Shown here: piece by piece, positions 1 through 8,983 of the stretch | Layout: the number at the start of each line of letters is the position of its first letter | Numbering within the stretch: position 1 is the first letter of the stretch | Origin: Candidatus Omnitrophota bacterium | Lineage (GTDB): Bacteria; Omnitrophota; Gorgyraeia; Duberdicusellales; 4484-171 | Assembly (NCBI GenBank): GCA_041652815.1 | Contig: JBAZGN010000004.1 | Coordinates: forward strand, 143,890 to 207,889 | DNA length: 64,000 nucleotides | Direction: 5' to 3' | Translations under genes and position numbers: made by a program | Notes under the pieces: generated by a model | Told to the model about the DNA's origin: nothing | Databases searched by the model: none | Seen by the model: only the letters and a program-made list of their open reading frames with translations

Positions 1-80
1 GGCGATAGGTTGATAAGCGGCCGCATAAAACTTTTGGGATATTGTAATTAGCAAAAAATTTTCTTAAAAAAGGCCTAAAA

Positions 81-488
81 ATGGAAAAAATTAATAAAAA
101 ACTAAAATTTTCAGCTGCATTTAGGGACCTGATTATCCTTGGTTTGACTACTATTTTTGTGTTTATTGTCTCTTACTTTTTTAACATATTCAATTTTCTT
201 GTCAAAATTTTTTATCAAAACCCGCAGACGATAGTCTATATTGATGAAATTATTACTGTGCTTTTGACTTTAAGCGTCGGTCTAACTATTTTTTCCTGGC
301 GCAGATGGCAGGAATTTAGAAAGGAAGCTGCCGAGCATATAAAAAACCAGGAAATGCTTCGTGAAGTCGCCGAGACAAAAGCAGAGGTTGAAAGAATTAT
401 CAGTAAGCAGCTTCGCACCGATATGGACCAGCTTAAGCATGAAGTAAAGGAGATTCTTTATTTACTCACAACCAAGCATAAACAGTAA
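81..488 (+). CDS. hypothetical small membrane protein with C-terminal coiled-coil
   Basis: 135 aa ORF with two hydrophobic segments (LIILGLTTIFVFIVSYFF; IITVLLTLSVGLTIF) followed by a charged, heptad-like C-terminus. No recognisable family. Confidence 0.4.
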   Translation: MEKINKKLKFSAAFRDLIILGLTTIFVFIVSYFFNIFNFLVKIFYQNPQTIVYIDEIITVLLTLSVGLTIFSWRRWQEFRKEAAEHIKNQEMLREVAETKAEVERIISKQLRTDMDQLKHEVKEILYLLTTKHKQ

Positions 489-554
489 ACTGGTTTAAGG
501 AGCTAGTTTATATTTTGAGCTGGATTTGTTAAAAAAGCAAGAAAGGAGACAATT

Positions 555-956
555 ATGAAACTAGGTAAAAGGGTAATTATGTTTTTTGGGTTTATTCTGT
601 TTATTTTTTCCAATGTATTCGCCCAACAAATTAATCCCCAACCCGTCAAGGAACAATTTAAGAGTATAGACGAAAATAATGACAAATTTATAAGTTCCAA
701 TGAATTGCAGGCATATCAGGCTAAAAAATTTAATGAACTGGATAAAGACAAAAATGGAATCATTGACAAAGACGAACTGAAAGACGATAAATCAAAGATA
801 TTTGGAAAGGCAGATAAAAATAACGACAACCAAATCAGCCAGAAAGAAGCTTTTAAACAATTCAATGATTATTTCAACAGCATGGATGCCAATGGAGACA
901 AGAAAGTGACAGAGGACGAATTTGAAGAGTACTGGCCGATTAATTTAAGGCTTTAA
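555..956 (+). CDS. secreted EF-hand calcium-binding protein (four EF-hand loops)
   Basis: N-terminal signal peptide (VIMFFGFILFIFSNVFAQQ). Four canonical 12-residue EF loops: DENNDKFISSNE, DKDKNGIIDKDE, DKNNDNQISQKE, DANGDKKVTEDE. A GGAG-type RBS lies at 544-549. Confidence 0.7.
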   Translation: MKLGKRVIMFFGFILFIFSNVFAQQINPQPVKEQFKSIDENNDKFISSNELQAYQAKKFNELDKDKNGIIDKDELKDDKSKIFGKADKNNDNQISQKEAFKQFNDYFNSMDANGDKKVTEDEFEEYWPINLRL

Positions 957-999
957 TACAAACTGTAAAATAATTTACGGTTTCCTGCCGCATAATTCT

Positions 1000-2085
1000 A
1001 TGAAAAAAATTATTCCGGTTTTTTGTTTATGCTTTTTATGTATTTCTTTTAGCGAAAAAAACTGCGAAGCAGCTGCCGAGCGTGGCCTTTTTGTAACAGT
1101 TCTGCAGGAGCCGCAAGTGCTTTCCAGCCGAAAAGAAATTTTGCGATTGATTGATTTTGCGAAAAAAGCGCACATTAGAATTCTTTTTGTCCAGATTTAC
1201 CGTGCAAACAAAGCGTGGTTTCCTTCGCGCGTTGCAGATTCAAGGCCGTATGAAGTATGTTTAAAAAACGTTTCACGGGATCCTTTAGCGCTTCTTATAA
1301 GCGAGGCTCATAAATCCGGTATTGAAGTGCATGCCTGGCTTAATCTACTAAGCCTTAGCAATAATAAAGATGCAAAAATTCTTAAAAAATACGGCCTGGA
1401 AACTCTTACGAGGAATTTAAAGAAAAAAAGAACAATAGAAGATTACAAAATAGATAAACAATATTTCCTTGAGCCAGGAGATTTAAGGGTTAGGAGCGAG
1501 CTTTTGGCTGTGGTTAATGAAATTCTGCATAATTATCCAAAGTTAGATGGTATTCAATTCGATTATATCCGTTATCCTGACAGGAATCCTTCATATGGCT
1601 ACACGAAAAATAATATCGAGCGGTTTAAAAAAGCAACCGGAAATAAAGTAGTCAAAGAAGATACTATTGCCTGGCAAAACTGGAAACGTAAACAGGTAAC
1701 TGAGCTACTTACCCAGTTAGTTAAGCGGGCGCGGGCGCTCCATCCGGATATCCGGGTGTCAGCAACAGGTTGTGCTCCGTTTGTTCGTGCATATTATGAA
1801 GCATTCCAGGATTGGCCTTCCTGGGTTAATAGCGGCCTTGTTGATTTCGTCACAGTTATGACTTATTCGGATAAGGTATCTGAATTTGAAAAATATGCTA
1901 ATGAAGCCAAAAAGAAAATAATTACTTCCGGAAAAATCAATCTTGCTATCGGCGCTTACAAATTTAAGAATCATCCGGAAAACTTTACACAGGAATTCAA
2001 CATTTGTGAAAAATCCGGTAATGCTACTTGTGTCATATTAGGCTATGGCGATTTAGTTAAAAATTCCGCATTGCAAATTTTTTAA
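1000..2085 (+). CDS. glycoside-hydrolase-like family 10 (GHL10/DUF187, YngK-like) lipoprotein
   Basis: Signal peptide with Cys (FCLCFLCIS). Segment resembling GHL10/DUF187 (YngK-like) proteins (LDGIQFDYIRYPD...). TIM-barrel-like length of 361 aa. Confidence 0.6.
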   Translation: MKKIIPVFCLCFLCISFSEKNCEAAAERGLFVTVLQEPQVLSSRKEILRLIDFAKKAHIRILFVQIYRANKAWFPSRVADSRPYEVCLKNVSRDPLALLISEAHKSGIEVHAWLNLLSLSNNKDAKILKKYGLETLTRNLKKKRTIEDYKIDKQYFLEPGDLRVRSELLAVVNEILHNYPKLDGIQFDYIRYPDRNPSYGYTKNNIERFKKATGNKVVKEDTIAWQNWKRKQVTELLTQLVKRARALHPDIRVSATGCAPFVRAYYEAFQDWPSWVNSGLVDFVTVMTYSDKVSEFEKYANEAKKKIITSGKINLAIGAYKFKNHPENFTQEFNICEKSGNATCVILGYGDLVKNSALQIF

Positions 2086-2224
2086 TTAGAGAAAACAAAA
2101 TATCGCTTTCATACTTATTTTAGCGACACTTTTATCGCTTATAGCAGTTAATCGGCATACTGAGCCAGGAAATAAATAACTTTTCGATTGAATTTACCTG
2201 TAAAAATGGCATAATAAAAATATA

Positions 2225-2824
2225 ATGCAAAATATATTCGAACCTTACCTTCTAAGTTTCATACCTATATTTGTGGCAGTGGATGCTATTGGCAATGTCC
2301 CTATATTTGTATCGCTTATAGACGGCGCTAAAGGGCCAAAAAGGCGTAAAATCATAATAGACGCAGTAACAACTGCTACCGCAATGGCTGTTATATTTAT
2401 GGTAGCCGGAAAATATATCCTGCGCCTCCTTGGCATAACCATAAGCGATTTTCAGATTGCTGGTGGAGCATTTTTGTTTATTATTGCTGTCAGGCTGCTT
2501 TTCCCGGGAGCAGAGAAGAAGGTCAATTCAATAGGCGGCGATAAAGACGTAGGCATTTTTCCTTTAGGAACACCTCTTATTACCGGCCCCGCGGTGTTAA
2601 CTACCACGGTAATGATGATAGATAAATATAATATCATACCAACTTTTGTTTCACTTGTGCTAAATATGCTTATTGTTTGGATTAGCCTTGACCGGTCCGA
2701 AGCAATTATGAATGTAATTGGGCCAAGCGGAACCCGTGCGTTTTCAAAGATTATGTATATTTTGCTTGGGGCAATAGGCGTTATGATGATAAGGCACGGC
2801 ATCGAGGCTATATTTCTTCATTAA
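2225..2824 (+). CDS. MarC-family (UPF0056) integral membrane protein
   Basis: 199 aa with six predicted TM segments. N-terminal LLSFIPIFVAVDAIGNVPIFVSL resembles the MarC/UPF0056 N-terminal region. Confidence 0.7.
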   Translation: MQNIFEPYLLSFIPIFVAVDAIGNVPIFVSLIDGAKGPKRRKIIIDAVTTATAMAVIFMVAGKYILRLLGITISDFQIAGGAFLFIIAVRLLFPGAEKKVNSIGGDKDVGIFPLGTPLITGPAVLTTTVMMIDKYNIIPTFVSLVLNMLIVWISLDRSEAIMNVIGPSGTRAFSKIMYILLGAIGVMMIRHGIEAIFLH

Positions 2825-3170
2825 GAATAGGAATTACCTGCCTTAAAAATTGCTGTTTTTCTTGCAATATGATACTTTTCCGCTAAAATAGTAATACAGC
2901 CACACTTATCCTGCTGGTTGATTGAGTCTGCTAGTGGGAGTTTGCATAATCTCGATATAGTAACCCAAAACACATAATTATGAAAATCAGAGTCCGCATA
3001 TTTTTAGCAATATGTACCGCTGTATTTCTTCCTTCATTATTCTTTACTATTGCCGGTTATAAAGCACAAGAAAAGGCTCTTTTAGGCGGCGTAGGCCAAA
3101 ATTATCTCGCGCAAAAGAGTGTAGTCGTAAGCAAGGCAAATATGTTATATTATAGTATCAGAGCCTTTAT

Positions 3171-3566
3171 ATGAAATCTATTTTTGATAAGAAAAAAAGC
3201 ATTCTTGTGGTTGATGATGATGCGGATATCTGCAGCACCTTAGTTGATATTTTTAATGCCGAAGGTTATGCTACTGATATTGCGTATAATGCGGGTGCGG
3301 CTATTGAAAAGATACAGAAAAATAATTTCGACATCCTGCTTACTGATAGCAGAATGGAAAGTGTAGACGGATTACATCTGATTAAAAAAGTAACACAGAT
3401 AAATCCAAAGATAATTATTTTTATGATGACAGCTTATCCGCGCGATTCGCGCATCAGCGAGGCATATAATAGCGGCGTTGTAAAGATTTTCGAAAAGCCG
3501 TTTGAGGTCAAAGATATGCTTGAGATTTTTAAAAAAGAGATAGCTAAAAGAAATAAGAAAAATTAG
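3171..3566 (+). CDS. single-domain response regulator (CheY-like receiver)
   Basis: REC domain hallmarks: ILVVDDD acidic pocket, phospho-acceptor Asp in ILLTDSRM, conserved T (MMTAY) and K (EKPF). Confidence 0.8.
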   Translation: MKSIFDKKKSILVVDDDADICSTLVDIFNAEGYATDIAYNAGAAIEKIQKNNFDILLTDSRMESVDGLHLIKKVTQINPKIIIFMMTAYPRDSRISEAYNSGVVKIFEKPFEVKDMLEIFKKEIAKRNKKN

Positions 3567-3568
3567 AT

Positions 3569-5152
3569 ATGAAAAATCAGGAAAATATTGATAAAGCAAA
3601 AATTCTTATTGTTGACGATGACACATTGATGTGCGAGAACCTCGTGGAGATAATGCAATCTTTAGGGTATGACACTGATTGTACGACACACGCGGTAGAG
3701 GCGCGGGGTAAATTAAGCAAAAATTTTTACAATATTTTAATGGTTGACCTTAAGCTTTCTGATGGCGACGGGCTCGGCCTGTTAAAATATGTAAAAGAAA
3801 TAAATCCGGAGACCATGACCATTATTTTTACCGGATATGCTTCTCTTGAGAGCTCTATTTCTGCGTTGAATGAGGGCGCTTTCGGGTATTTGCAAAAGCC
3901 CATTAGCATAGAAGAAGTAAAGATACTTATAGGCAAGGCATTACGAATGCAGCAGCTTTCTATTGAGAATAAAGAGCTTTTAGAAAAATTAAAGGAGCTT
4001 AGCTTAAAAGATATCGAAACCGAAGTCTATAACCATAAATACCTTATTGAGCGCCTTAATTCCGAATTGTTGAGGGCAAAACGGTATGCTCTTTCTATTT
4101 CTCTTGCTATGATTGATGTGGATTATTTTAATTCAATCAACGGTTTATACGGCCATGCGTATGGCGATAAAATTCTGAAAGAGCTTGCAAAATATTTAAA
4201 ACAATTCATTCGCGGCATGGATGTGGTCACGCGCTACGGTGGGGAGGAGTTTATTATTATATTGCCTGATACCGACAAGCAAAGCACAATCCGTTTTACT
4301 GAGCGGCTTTTAGGCGACATAGAAAACCATATTTTTGACTCGCAGGATAAAAAAATAAAGTTGAAAGTCAGTATTGGTATTGCTAATTTTCCTGAAGATG
4401 ACCTGAATATTTCCGAAGCCTACGGCCTTATACATTTGGTTGAAAAAGCAGTTTCGCTTGCAAAAGAACGCGGCGGAGGACGCCTTCTTACTTTAAACGG
4501 CAAAGAAGCTGAAGGGCCTGGCGAAGACACACAGGAAAATATTGAAAACCTTAAGCAAAAACTATCAAAAATCGAGAAAAGAATGCATCAAACATTTCTG
4601 GAATCTATTTATGCTTTTGCTAAGACTATAGAAGCTAAAGATTTTTATACCGGAGAGCATTGCGAACATATGGTGTCTCTCGTTGTGTCTATCGGGAAAA
4701 AACTCAACCTTTCTGAAAAAGAAATGGAAGACTTGGGGCACGCGGCAATGCTTCATGATTTGGGTAAAATCGGTATACCAGATGAAATATTGCTGAAAAA
4801 AGGAAAACTGACCGATAGTGAGTCTGAGATTATCAGAAAACACCCCCAGATAGGTGCGGAAATAATAAGGCATATCCATTTCCTTAAAGACGTAGCTCCA
4901 ATTATTTTATATCACCATGAAAGGTTTGATGGTTTCGGCTATTGCAGCGGCTTAAAGGGCAAAGAAATACCTTTAGGCGCGCGAATAATTGCCATAGCTG
5001 ATGTATACCAGGCTTTAACCAGCGATAGGCCTTATCGTAAAGCCTATAGCATGGAAGAAGCTTTAAAAATAATTAAGGAAGGCTCTGGTACGCAATTTGA
5101 CCCGGAAATAGTGAAGGTATTCTTTGAGATAATCGAAGCAAAGAAAGAATAA
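3569..5152 (+). CDS. response regulator with REC-GGDEF-HD-GYP architecture (cyclic-di-GMP turnover)
   Basis: N-terminal REC (ILIVDDD...MVDLKL). Central GGDEF domain with RYGGEEF motif. C-terminal HD-GYP domain (HCEHM...HDLGKIGIP...YHHERFDGFGYCSGL). Confidence 0.85.
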   Translation: MKNQENIDKAKILIVDDDTLMCENLVEIMQSLGYDTDCTTHAVEARGKLSKNFYNILMVDLKLSDGDGLGLLKYVKEINPETMTIIFTGYASLESSISALNEGAFGYLQKPISIEEVKILIGKALRMQQLSIENKELLEKLKELSLKDIETEVYNHKYLIERLNSELLRAKRYALSISLAMIDVDYFNSINGLYGHAYGDKILKELAKYLKQFIRGMDVVTRYGGEEFIIILPDTDKQSTIRFTERLLGDIENHIFDSQDKKIKLKVSIGIANFPEDDLNISEAYGLIHLVEKAVSLAKERGGGRLLTLNGKEAEGPGEDTQENIENLKQKLSKIEKRMHQTFLESIYAFAKTIEAKDFYTGEHCEHMVSLVVSIGKKLNLSEKEMEDLGHAAMLHDLGKIGIPDEILLKKGKLTDSESEIIRKHPQIGAEIIRHIHFLKDVAPIILYHHERFDGFGYCSGLKGKEIPLGARIIAIADVYQALTSDRPYRKAYSMEEALKIIKEGSGTQFDPEIVKVFFEIIEAKKE

Positions 5153-5248
5153 GGTATTCTTAGATATACCGCTAATTTTCTCTTGAAATATGTTTTTGCT
5201 TGTGTAAAATAATATATGGCTTTGAAAAAAGCAGTTTTCCTACCTTTT

Positions 5249-5280
5249 GCCCACCCGGTTCGCGGGTGGGCTTTTTATTT
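5249..5280 (+). terminator. rho-independent terminator after the GGDEF/HD-GYP regulator
   Basis: 9 bp GC-rich stem GCCCACCCG/CGGGTGGGC with loop GTTCG, followed by TTTTTATTT. Confidence 0.75.
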
Positions 5281-5371
5281 ACGAAAGGTTCTTGCTTGCA
5301 TATCTTGATTGTTTTAGTAAAATGTAGCTTTCGTAAGTAGGTTCATCGTAAATTGTAAAAAAAATAAAACT

Positions 5372-6730
5372 ATGCTTGTATACGAATTATTAATAATAAT
5401 ACTTATGCTTTTGCTTAACGCCATATTCGCTGCCTATGAAATGGGCCTAGCTTCGGTTTCTAAGCCAAAGTTAGCTGTTTTGGCAGGCGAAAAGAAGAAG
5501 GGGGCTCCCGAGGCGCTTTATATGAAAGAACATATGGAAGCCAGCCTTGCATTTATACAGGTTGGTATTACATTGGTTGGCGCATTGGCTGCGGCAACCG
5601 GCGGAGCAGGAGTTGGCGAAAGTTTCGCTCCTTATTTGCAGAACACCTTTAATATGCCGGAACTTTTTGCCAAAATTTTGGCGGTTATTATTTTTATTAT
5701 TCCGTTGACTTGCGTTATTATCATTTTTGGAGAACTTGTGCCGAAAATGATTGCGCTTCAAAATAAAGAGTGGATGGTTTTAGGGCTTTCGCCTGTAATG
5801 AAGTCGCTTTCGGCTTTTATCGCACCTCTTATATCGGTAGTAGAGGTTATAGTAAAAAAAGTTGTCCGTATTTTTGTTATGTTTAGCCCCAAGGAGCTAA
5901 GCAATAAAGGCCATGACCTCCATGAGCTAAAGGCAGCAATTTCTTTAGCCAGAACTGCGAAAATTCTTGGCGCACGGGAAGAGCGCATCGTTCTTGCTGC
6001 GGCAAGTTTTACCTTGCGTCCGGTAAAAGACATTATAATACCGGCACACGATATTTCGATGATTTGGGCACAAGATAGCCTTGCGCAGGCACTTATCAAA
6101 GCCCATCTTGATATGCATACACGTTTTCCGGTATCCACAAAAGAAAACGATCCGCAGACCATAGTAGGTTACATTAACTTCAAAGACATAATAACTGTTT
6201 TAAGGACTAATCCGGTAAACCCGACCATAGCTTCAATAATGAGGCCTATAAATAAAATTTCTGAAGGCATGGTTATATCCCAGCTTCTTGAAACAATGAT
6301 TCAGGAGAAAGTGCATATCGTGCTTGTTGCTTCTGATAAGAATAAAATTCTTGGCATGGTAACCCTTGAAGATATTATGGAAGAGTTAACCGGCGATATT
6401 GAATCTGAGTTTGACCGGCTTCCGAATTACATTCATCCATACGGAACAACCTCTTGGATTATCGGCGGAGCAGTGCCAATGACTGTAGTTGCTTCAACCC
6501 TTGGGTTAAATTGGGAAGATAAATTTTCCGCCCACGGCGGTGCCGTATCAGGAGGAAAAGACACTAAGATTCCGACACTTGCTGAATGGTGCCGGCATAA
6601 AGCACATAAAAAACTTATTGGCGCGGATATTATTGAAATAGATGGCTTAAGGATTGTGCCGAGAAAATTTCGCAGAAAAAAGCTTTCTGAAGCAGCAGTA
6701 AGCCTCATTGAGCCTCAACCGCAGGCATAA
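5372..6730 (+). CDS. CNNM/CorC-family transporter-associated protein (DUF21 TM domain plus CBS pair) with extra C-terminal region
   Basis: N-terminal DUF21-like 4-TM region, an HlyC/CorC-type architecture. CBS-pair-like middle region and a ~100 aa C-terminal extension. Confidence 0.75.
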   Translation: MLVYELLIIILMLLLNAIFAAYEMGLASVSKPKLAVLAGEKKKGAPEALYMKEHMEASLAFIQVGITLVGALAAATGGAGVGESFAPYLQNTFNMPELFAKILAVIIFIIPLTCVIIIFGELVPKMIALQNKEWMVLGLSPVMKSLSAFIAPLISVVEVIVKKVVRIFVMFSPKELSNKGHDLHELKAAISLARTAKILGAREERIVLAAASFTLRPVKDIIIPAHDISMIWAQDSLAQALIKAHLDMHTRFPVSTKENDPQTIVGYINFKDIITVLRTNPVNPTIASIMRPINKISEGMVISQLLETMIQEKVHIVLVASDKNKILGMVTLEDIMEELTGDIESEFDRLPNYIHPYGTTSWIIGGAVPMTVVASTLGLNWEDKFSAHGGAVSGGKDTKIPTLAEWCRHKAHKKLIGADIIEIDGLRIVPRKFRRKKLSEAAVSLIEPQPQA

Positions 6731-6742
6731 TATAAAAATACT

Positions 6743-8383
6743 ATGGAGCAAAGACGCAGAATTTTAGTTACCAGCGCGCTTCCTTACGCAAATGGGAGCA
6801 TTCATCTTGGGCATTTGGTTGAATATATTCAGACCGATATCTGGGTAAGATTCCAGCGGCTAATCGGCAATGAGTGTTATTATATGTGCGCAGATGATAC
6901 CCACGGAACACCAATTATGATAAGCGCGCGTAAACAAAATATACCCCCCGAAGAATTAATCAGCAAGATGTATACTGAACATTTGCGCGATTTTAGCGCT
7001 TTTCGGATAAGCTTCGATAATTACTATTCAACCAACTCGGAAGAAAACCGTGAATTTTGCGAGTATATTTATTCAGAGGCAAAACAAAAAGGGGCAATTT
7101 ACGAAAAGGAAATAGAACAGTATTATTGCGAGCATGACGGTATGTTTCTTCCGGACAGGATGATAAAAGGAATCTGCCCTAGATGTAAAGCTGAGGACCA
7201 ATACGGAGATAACTGTGAAACGTGCTCTGCAACGTATGACCCAACCGAGCTTATTTCGCCGTTTTGCGCAATTTGCGGCGCAAAACCAATAATTAAAAAA
7301 TCAACCCATTACTATTTTAAACTTTCAAATTTTACCAATGAGCTTAGAGAATGGGTGAGCCAGGACCATCTTCGTCCGGAAATAAAAAATAAACTGCAGG
7401 AGTGGTTCACTCAAGGCATTAAGGACTGGGATATCTCCAGGGATGCGCCTTATTTTGGTTTCAAAATACCCGGCACGGAAAATAAATATTTCTATGTCTG
7501 GCTGGATGCCCCGGTTGGTTACATTGCAACGACAAAAAATTGGTGTAAAAGTAAGGGGATAAATTTCGATGAGATATGGCGGGGGAAAGATTTTGAAATA
7601 CATCATTTTATAGGAAAAGATATTTTGTATTTTCATACATTGTTCTGGCCGGCAATGCTTATGGTTTCCGGTTTTTCTACGCCGACAAAAGTAAATATCC
7701 ACGGGTTTTTGACGGTAAACGGAGAAAAAATGTCAAAGAGCCGAGGCACCTTCATGAATGCATCTGATTATCTAAAGCACGTTGACCCGGAATTCCTGCG
7801 GTATTATTATGCCGCAAAGCTTGGGGCAGGGGTTGATGACCTGGATTTAAACTTAAGCGATTTTGTTTTCAGAATCAACTCGGATGTTTTGGGAAAAGTA
7901 GTAAATATCGGGAGCCGCCTGGGAAAAATAGTGAATAAAAAATTGAACAATGCTTTAGGCGAAATCGATGCACAAGGGGCAAGCATTTTGGATGAAATGC
8001 GAAAAGCTTTGCCTAAAATAGCAAATTATTATGAGACACTGGATTATAATAAAGCAATGCGCGAAATTATGCCGCTTGCTGACATTGTTAATAAATATAT
8101 AAATGATACTGCTCCCTGGGAGCTTGTAAAAACAGACGAAAAAAAAGCGCAAAGTGTATGCACTACCGGTTTAAACGGGCTTTACCTCCTTACGGGGATG
8201 CTTAAACCGGTACTTCCCAGAATAGCAGAAGGGGTTGAAAAATTCCTTAATATACCTTCTATGAACTGGGAAAGCCTGAAAAAACCTATCACACAGCATA
8301 AAATAAACGAATACGAGCGTTTAGCTGAAAGAATTGAACTCTCAACCGTTGAAAAGATTCTGGGTACTAAACAGGAAAGCTAA
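6743..8383 (+). CDS. metG: methionyl-tRNA synthetase
   Basis: Class I aaRS HIGH motif (ALPYANGSIHLGHL). Four-Cys zinc knuckle (CPRC...CETC). KMSKS motif. Length 546 aa, a short-form MetRS. Confidence 0.95.
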   Translation: MEQRRRILVTSALPYANGSIHLGHLVEYIQTDIWVRFQRLIGNECYYMCADDTHGTPIMISARKQNIPPEELISKMYTEHLRDFSAFRISFDNYYSTNSEENREFCEYIYSEAKQKGAIYEKEIEQYYCEHDGMFLPDRMIKGICPRCKAEDQYGDNCETCSATYDPTELISPFCAICGAKPIIKKSTHYYFKLSNFTNELREWVSQDHLRPEIKNKLQEWFTQGIKDWDISRDAPYFGFKIPGTENKYFYVWLDAPVGYIATTKNWCKSKGINFDEIWRGKDFEIHHFIGKDILYFHTLFWPAMLMVSGFSTPTKVNIHGFLTVNGEKMSKSRGTFMNASDYLKHVDPEFLRYYYAAKLGAGVDDLDLNLSDFVFRINSDVLGKVVNIGSRLGKIVNKKLNNALGEIDAQGASILDEMRKALPKIANYYETLDYNKAMREIMPLADIVNKYINDTAPWELVKTDEKKAQSVCTTGLNGLYLLTGMLKPVLPRIAEGVEKFLNIPSMNWESLKKPITQHKINEYERLAERIELSTVEKILGTKQES

Positions 8384-8556
8384 GGTTGACTTTTGGCTCG
8401 CTTTGTGGTATATTTATTATGTTTCCTTTACGGTGAAGATATGCAGATAAACCGCAATTTAACCACAATTCTAAGTTTAACTCTTAAGTTAGTAGTAGCG
8501 GTATGCTCTGCTGTGAGGTTTTCACCGTAAGGTAACCAAATTTTAAAAAAATATCC

Positions 8557-8592
8557 CCTGTCGGTGAAAATCGGCAGGGGATTTCTTATTTT
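8557..8592 (+). terminator. rho-independent terminator downstream of metG
   Basis: Stem ATCCCCTG/CAGGGGAT around the loop TCGGTGAAAATCGG, followed by TTCTTATTTT. Confidence 0.6.
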
Positions 8593-8607
8593 ATGGATAC
8601 ATTTAAA

Positions 8608-8715
8608 ATAACCAAGTTCCAATTTCCAATAACCAAACAATGACCAATACGCAAATTCCAATAGCCAAACGGAGCGTTATAGAATTGTTTGATCATTGGT
8701 TATTGGCTATTTTGT
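8608..8715. repeat. empty, degenerate copy of TIR family 2 (the family that carries a four-helix-bundle gene at 40043-40526)
   Basis: ATAACCAAGTTCCAATTTCCAATAACCAAACAATGACCAATACGCAAATTCCAATAGCCAAAC is ~85% identical to the left arm at 40043-40110. A short inverted right arm follows (GTTTGATCATTGGTTATTGGCTATTTT). Confidence 0.6.
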
Positions 8716-8805
8716 AAAAACTTAGAATCCTATGTCAAACAAATACTTATTAAATCTAGTATTACTCGTAGTAGGTGCGCTTTCGCCGCCGGGCTAACCC
8801 AGTAT

Positions 8806-8845
8806 TTTTCTGTTTAGCCCCTGTTGGCGAAAGCTGACAGGGGCT
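8806..8845 (+). terminator. second rho-independent terminator-like hairpin in the metG-ilvB spacer
   Basis: Stem AGCCCCTGT/ACAGGGGCT with loop TGGCGAAAGCTG, followed by TTTTTTATT. Confidence 0.55.
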
Positions 8846-8864
8846 TTTTTATTGCTCAGATAAA

Positions 8865-8965
8865 TGTGCTATCAGCTATCAGTCATCAGCTCTCAGCTGT
8901 CAGCCGCTTTTCAGGGTTGCCTCTTAAGGGGACTGAAAGCTGAAGGCTGACGACTGAAAGCTTTT
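8865..8965. repeat. short palindromic repeat family 3 (CAGCTGTCAGC / CTGAAAGCTGA motifs) immediately upstream of ilvB
   Basis: Shares the modules GTCGTCAGCC (or its reverse complement), CCCTTAAGGGG and CTGAAAGCTGAAAGCTTTTAA with 27770-27890 and 53435-53480. All three copies end within ~40 bp of a start codon. Confidence 0.55.
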
Positions 8966-8983
8966 AAGAAAGGAGGTTTTAAT

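Noticed and set aside
236-418. Numerous 60-140 aa antisense or overlapping ORFs in the track (e.g. 236-418, 2245-2442, 2452-2802, 3727-3936, 4565-4879, 5471-6162, 7325-7702, 9472-9717, 16206-16475, 22539-22864, 28797-29176, 43606-44025, 57280-57549)
   Set aside because: Each lies wholly inside a longer, well-supported gene on the other strand or frame. They have skewed composition and no RBS. Judged to be chance ORFs of an AT-rich genome.
2980-3174. 64-aa hydrophobic ORF upstream of the first receiver gene
   Set aside because: It could be a small membrane protein (single TM, overlaps the downstream start by 4 nt). It has no recognisable RBS or homology signal. Left uncalled.
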